This document shows positions 7,360 through 10,769 of a DNA stretch of 10,769 nt, piece by piece. Numbering within the stretch: position 1 is the stretch's first letter; the number at the start of each line of letters is the position of its first letter. Under the pieces are notes generated by a model. That model ran no database searches and was not told the DNA's origin. It saw nothing but the letters and a program-made list of their open reading frames with translations. A program made the translations under genes and the position numbers. This DNA comes from Octopus sinensis (Eukaryota): positions 1 through 10,769 of the forward strand of contig NW_021827308.1 in assembly GCF_006345805.1 (NCBI RefSeq), read 5' to 3'.

Positions 7360-7534
7360 AAACACACAAAGACACACAAACACGCGTATGCATACGAATG
7401 CACGTATTTACGCATGCACGCACGTACGCACGTGTACACAGACACACTCACACACAGACACACGCACACACAGACACATACGAACACACAAGAAACATGT
7501 TCATATACAATATATGATATATAAGTATGCAATA

Positions 7535-7573
<39 letters not shown>

Positions 7574-7875
7574 CATCATCATCAACACTCGTGTTCCGTG
7601 CTGGCGTTTATATTTATATGTATATACATACTAGTACCTCACTTGTATGAACAAATATCTGTTGAATATAATAATATATATATTATATGATATATAACAC
7701 GCAATATATAATATAATATAAATGCATGCACACATATATGTGTATGTGTGTGCGTGTGTGTGGTGTGTGTGTGTTTCTATGCATGTATGCATGTATGTGT
7801 GTGCATATATATATATATATATATATTTATATATTTATAGTAACGCTAACACAGGCGCACACAGATATTCATACA

Positions 7876-7910
<35 letters not shown>
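7360..7910. repeat. Degenerate (CA)n, (TA)n, (ATC)n and (TG)n microsatellite field
   Basis: Direct reading. Confidence 0.9.
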
Positions 7911-8229
7911 CAATCGCAGCAGATTGTTTTATCTTTGTAACCTCCTCGCTGCACAGCGTGTGAGACGCATTTGCACACAAACTAAAAACCTAAAGTCACA
8001 TACACTAATGTATAAATAGAGAAATACAGGTACATCATATACCATACAACATTCTAGATATATCAAAGTTATATCCACTTACAATATATGAAAATTACAA
8101 AGCCTTCATTGAGAACAGCTCGATCGGGAAATGGTACATGATCTCACAAATCAAGAGCTTTCAAAAGATGACATTCCATTAAGAAAGAGGACGTATTTAT
8201 AGACTGGCGATAAAGGGGTCTATAAACAT

Positions 8230-8606
8230 CTTGTTTCGGTCATTTGACTGCGGCCATGCTGGAGCACCGCCTTAAGTCGAGCAAATTGACCCCGGGACTT
8301 ATACATTCTAAGCCTAGTACTTATTCTATCGGTCTCTTTTACTGAACCGCTAAGTTACGGGACGTAAACACACCAGCATCGGTGTCAAGCGATATTGGGG
8401 GGGACAAACACAGACACACAAACACACAAACACACACACAACATACTTATACATATATACGACGGGCTTCTTTAGGTTTCCATCTACCAGAAGGCTTTTG
8501 TCGGCCCGAGGCTATGGTAGAAGTCACTTGCACAAGGTGCCACGCAGTGAGACTGAACGCGGAACCATGTGATTGGTAAGCAAGCTACTTACCACACCGC
8601 CACTCC
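8230..8606 (-). mobile_element. SINE family B, near full-length copy (tRNA head, CORE-like block, internal microsatellite, 3' module)
   Basis: Colinear and highly similar to 8667-9065. It lacks the first few head bases, the aaatccactcac segment near 8490 and the ACTCTTTT tail repeats. Confidence 0.92.
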
Positions 8607-8607
8607 A

Positions 8608-8610
8608 TAA

Positions 8611-8667
<57 letters not shown>
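8608..8667. repeat. (TA)n microsatellite separating two SINE copies
   Basis: Direct reading. Confidence 0.95.
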
Positions 8668-8669
<2 letters not shown>

Positions 8670-9065
8670 TCTTTTACTCTTTTATTTGTTTCAGTCATTT
8701 GACTGCAGCCATGCTGGAGCACCCGCCTTTAGTCGAGCAAATCGACCCCCGGGACTTATTCTTTGGATCCTAGTACTTATTCTATCGGTCTCTTTTGCCA
8801 AACCGCTAAGTGACGGGACGTAAAACACACCAGCATCGGTTGTCAAGCAATGCTAGGGGAACAAACACAGACACACAAACCCACACACATACATATATAA
8901 TACGACAGGCTTCTTTCAGTTTCCGTCTCTACAAATCCACTCACAAGGCATTGGTCGGCCCGGGTTATAGTAGAAGACACTTGCCCAAGATGCCACGCAG
9001 TGGGACTGAGCCCGGAACCATGTGGCTGGTTAGCAAGCTACTTACCACACAGTCACTCCTGCGCC
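8667..9065 (-). mobile_element. SINE family B, full-length copy (CORE-like tRNA-derived SINE resembling octopus OR-type SINEs)
   Basis: The minus strand begins GGCGCAGGAGTGACTGTGTGGTAAG (A-box), then CCGGGCTCAGTCCC (B-box; GGTTCA in 4513-4571) and CTTGGGCAAGTG (start of the CORE-domain motif CCTTGGGCAAGT). An internal (TA)/(TG) tract, a 3' module and a tandem tail AAAAGAGT x2 follow. The family name is from recall only. Confidence 0.92.
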
Positions 9066-9067
9066 TT

Positions 9068-9088
9068 CTATATATATATATATATATA

Positions 9089-9122
<34 letters not shown>

Positions 9123-9352
9123 AACAATATATGTGTCTATAGTAATATGTGTTTGTTTATAGACACATATAGATATAGAGACATCCATGCGTGCGTACAC
9201 ATACTGGCACACATGCACACACACACGTACACACATACACACCATATACACGCACACTCAGACACACACATGTCTGTTTGTCTATGTATGTATGTATGTA
9301 TGTATGTATGTATGTATGTATGTATGTATGTATGTATCTATCTATTTATCTG
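9068..9352. repeat. (TA)n, (CA)n and (TATG)n microsatellites
   Basis: Direct reading; pure (TATG)n at about 9287-9335. Confidence 0.93.
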
Positions 9353-9778
9353 TGTCTATTACATGAGAATGCCATGAATAAATAATAGCTTTAACTACAA
9401 TATTTAATGTAACAGCGCAAATCTACATGATAATTATATACATAGAGAACTAAAACTCCGATGAAAAAAATTAAAAATTAAAGTTTTCTGAACTTCAGTT
9501 AGTCAGAAGAGAATGAGATGAGAAAAATCTAAATCTATAATGTATGTGAATAACTTTATTACCAGTTATGAACCACATGTTGTTTTGAAGCGAATCATTC
9601 GTGTTTCGTTTTGGACGTAATATGTTTATCTTTCTAGGATAGTTTCCGTGAGTTATATAGAACGGGTTGTAGCATATACATAAGACTTTATAGACAAACA
9701 TTTGGACGATAACCAATCCGAATCAGTTTGCATTGGAGCAATATCTATCCATTACCAGAGAACCTTATAAATCGGTAA

Positions 9779-9940
9779 GGTAATGCGTGGCTGCGGGGTA
9801 GGAAGCTTGCTTACCAACCGCATGGTTGTGGATTCAGTCCCACTTCTTGGCACTTGAGCAAGTGTTTTCTACTATAGCCTCACGCAGATCAAAGCCTTGT
9901 GAATGGATTTGTTAAACTGAAACTGAAAGAAGCCCCTTAT
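9779..9940 (+). mobile_element. SINE family B head/core module, diverged, plus strand
   Basis: gtggctgcggggtaggaagcttgcttaccaaccgcatggttgtggattcagtcccac..ggcacttgagcaagtgttttctactatagcctc..caaagccttgtgaatggatttg..gaaactgaaagaagccc is the reverse complement of 8905-9060 with substitutions. It ends in (TA)n. Confidence 0.9.
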
Positions 9941-9945
9941 ATATA

Positions 9946-9987
<42 letters not shown>

Positions 9988-10065
9988 CTAATGTAGGATA
10001 AAATTTATTTCGCGAAAAAAATGTTATCAATGGCCAGCATATCAAAAATACCTTTAAATTTAACC

Positions 10066-10148
<83 letters not shown>

Positions 10149-10160
10149 TTATATATATAT
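9938..10160. repeat. (TA)n and (CATA)n microsatellites flanking a short unique spacer
   Basis: Tracts at about 9938-9987 and 10070-10160. Confidence 0.9.
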
Positions 10161-10769
10161 ACTAATAAATGGCAAGTTTGCGTGTTTGTGAATTTGTTAC
10201 TTGTACTCCTTTGAGTCTATCCACTTAGAATTTTAAAAAATCGATTTTTGAAAAGTCGTAAAATTTCGGCATTCTTCGCACTAGCCTTCGTGACATCAAT
10301 TTGAAGAAAAATGTTTCATCCTTATAAACAGACAGCTTGTTAACGGTAACCTATTTAGTATTTGCTAATTTTTCATTTGAATTTGAATTGTTTTGATTTA
10401 CTAAAGCTTAGAATTTCAATTCGTTGTTTTAATTCCACACCGTTTCAGGTTTTGATTAGGTAAGAGCATTTCATTTCTCAAGCAAAATTCAGGCATTTTG
10501 CACACAAGCCGTCGTGACATCAATTTGATGAAATCTGCTCCAAAGCGTAAAATTTCGCCATTTTACACGCATGCACAAAAATGACGACGACACGGGTTCG
10601 CTACCAGACTCTGCTCATTTTTTCGTGAAATTGGTCCTACCCATTAATATGGATTTAAAAATTTTTTTAAATGTCGAAATTTGACGAAAAATGGTTCAAT
10701 AGCTATAAATAGACATGACAGAAATAATTAGACACCCCATAAAACATCGTTTTATGTTTATTTTAACAT
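10150..10769 (+). mobile_element. Possible 5' part of a non-autonomous Helitron-like or other DNA element with internal direct repeats
   Basis: Start TATATATACTAATAAATGGCAAGTTTGCGTGTTTGTG resembles Helitron 5' ends of the TCTATACTAATA..AAG..(TGT/GTCT)n type, but the initial TC is not seen. Imperfect repeats lie at 10257-10309, 10484-10533 and 10546-10570. The 3' end is not in the window. Confidence 0.35.

Noticed and set aside
7571-7610. (ATC)n followed by gtgttccgtgctggc, reminiscent of an antisense retroposon tail
   Set aside because: Too short and diverged to support a call.
5188-8019. Numerous 70-219 aa ORFs (YIYI, MYVC, HTHT, poly-E/K/S/F/D)
   Set aside because: All are translations of di-, tri- or tetranucleotide microsatellites that lack stop codons; no domain content or splice structure.
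8112-8202. Short protein-like frame EQLDREMVHDLTNQELSKDDIPLRKRTYL*
   Set aside because: Under 30 codons, bounded by stops, with no good acceptor site or recognisable motif.
8995-9065. tRNA gene (also 2347-2430, 4513-4571, 9779-9850)
   Set aside because: A/B boxes are present but I cannot build a complete cloverleaf, and the longer copies continue into SINE body sequence.
8382-9377. ORFs of 65-125 aa overlapping the SINE dimer
   Set aside because: Chance frames through non-coding SINE and microsatellite sequence.
1-10769. One giant Helitron spanning the window
   Set aside because: On the plus strand the 3'-like end is at the window start and the 5'-like end at the window end, so they face outward and would belong to separate elements.

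Overview
Eukaryotic, AT-rich, repeat-saturated intergenic or intronic DNA. The SINE families and microsatellite density resemble what I recall of octopus (coleoid cephalopod) genomes; this is an inference, not a search result. I find no intact host gene, RNA gene or prokaryote-style system. Most ORFs in the track are microsatellite or SINE artefacts; the rest are transposon remnants. From 5' to 3' the window holds: (1) a Helitron-like 3' end forming a 17-bp perfect palindrome; (2) an internally deleted Tc1/mariner (maT/DD37D-like) element with degenerate TIRs; (3) a tandem trio of one tRNA-derived SINE family; (4) an ancient minus-strand CR1/L2-group LINE reverse transcriptase fossil (about 2735-4490), split by trinucleotide expansions and by the 3' end of a younger plus-strand LINE with a CCHC knuckle and (CAA)n tail; (5) a half hAT/Charlie-type MITE fused to a SINE head; (6) long compound microsatellites; (7) five copies or fragments of a second, CORE-like SINE family across the window, including an inverted pair; (8) a probable Helitron-like 5' end with internal direct repeats. 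The most interesting signals are transposon-level and none is demonstrably a new biological system.
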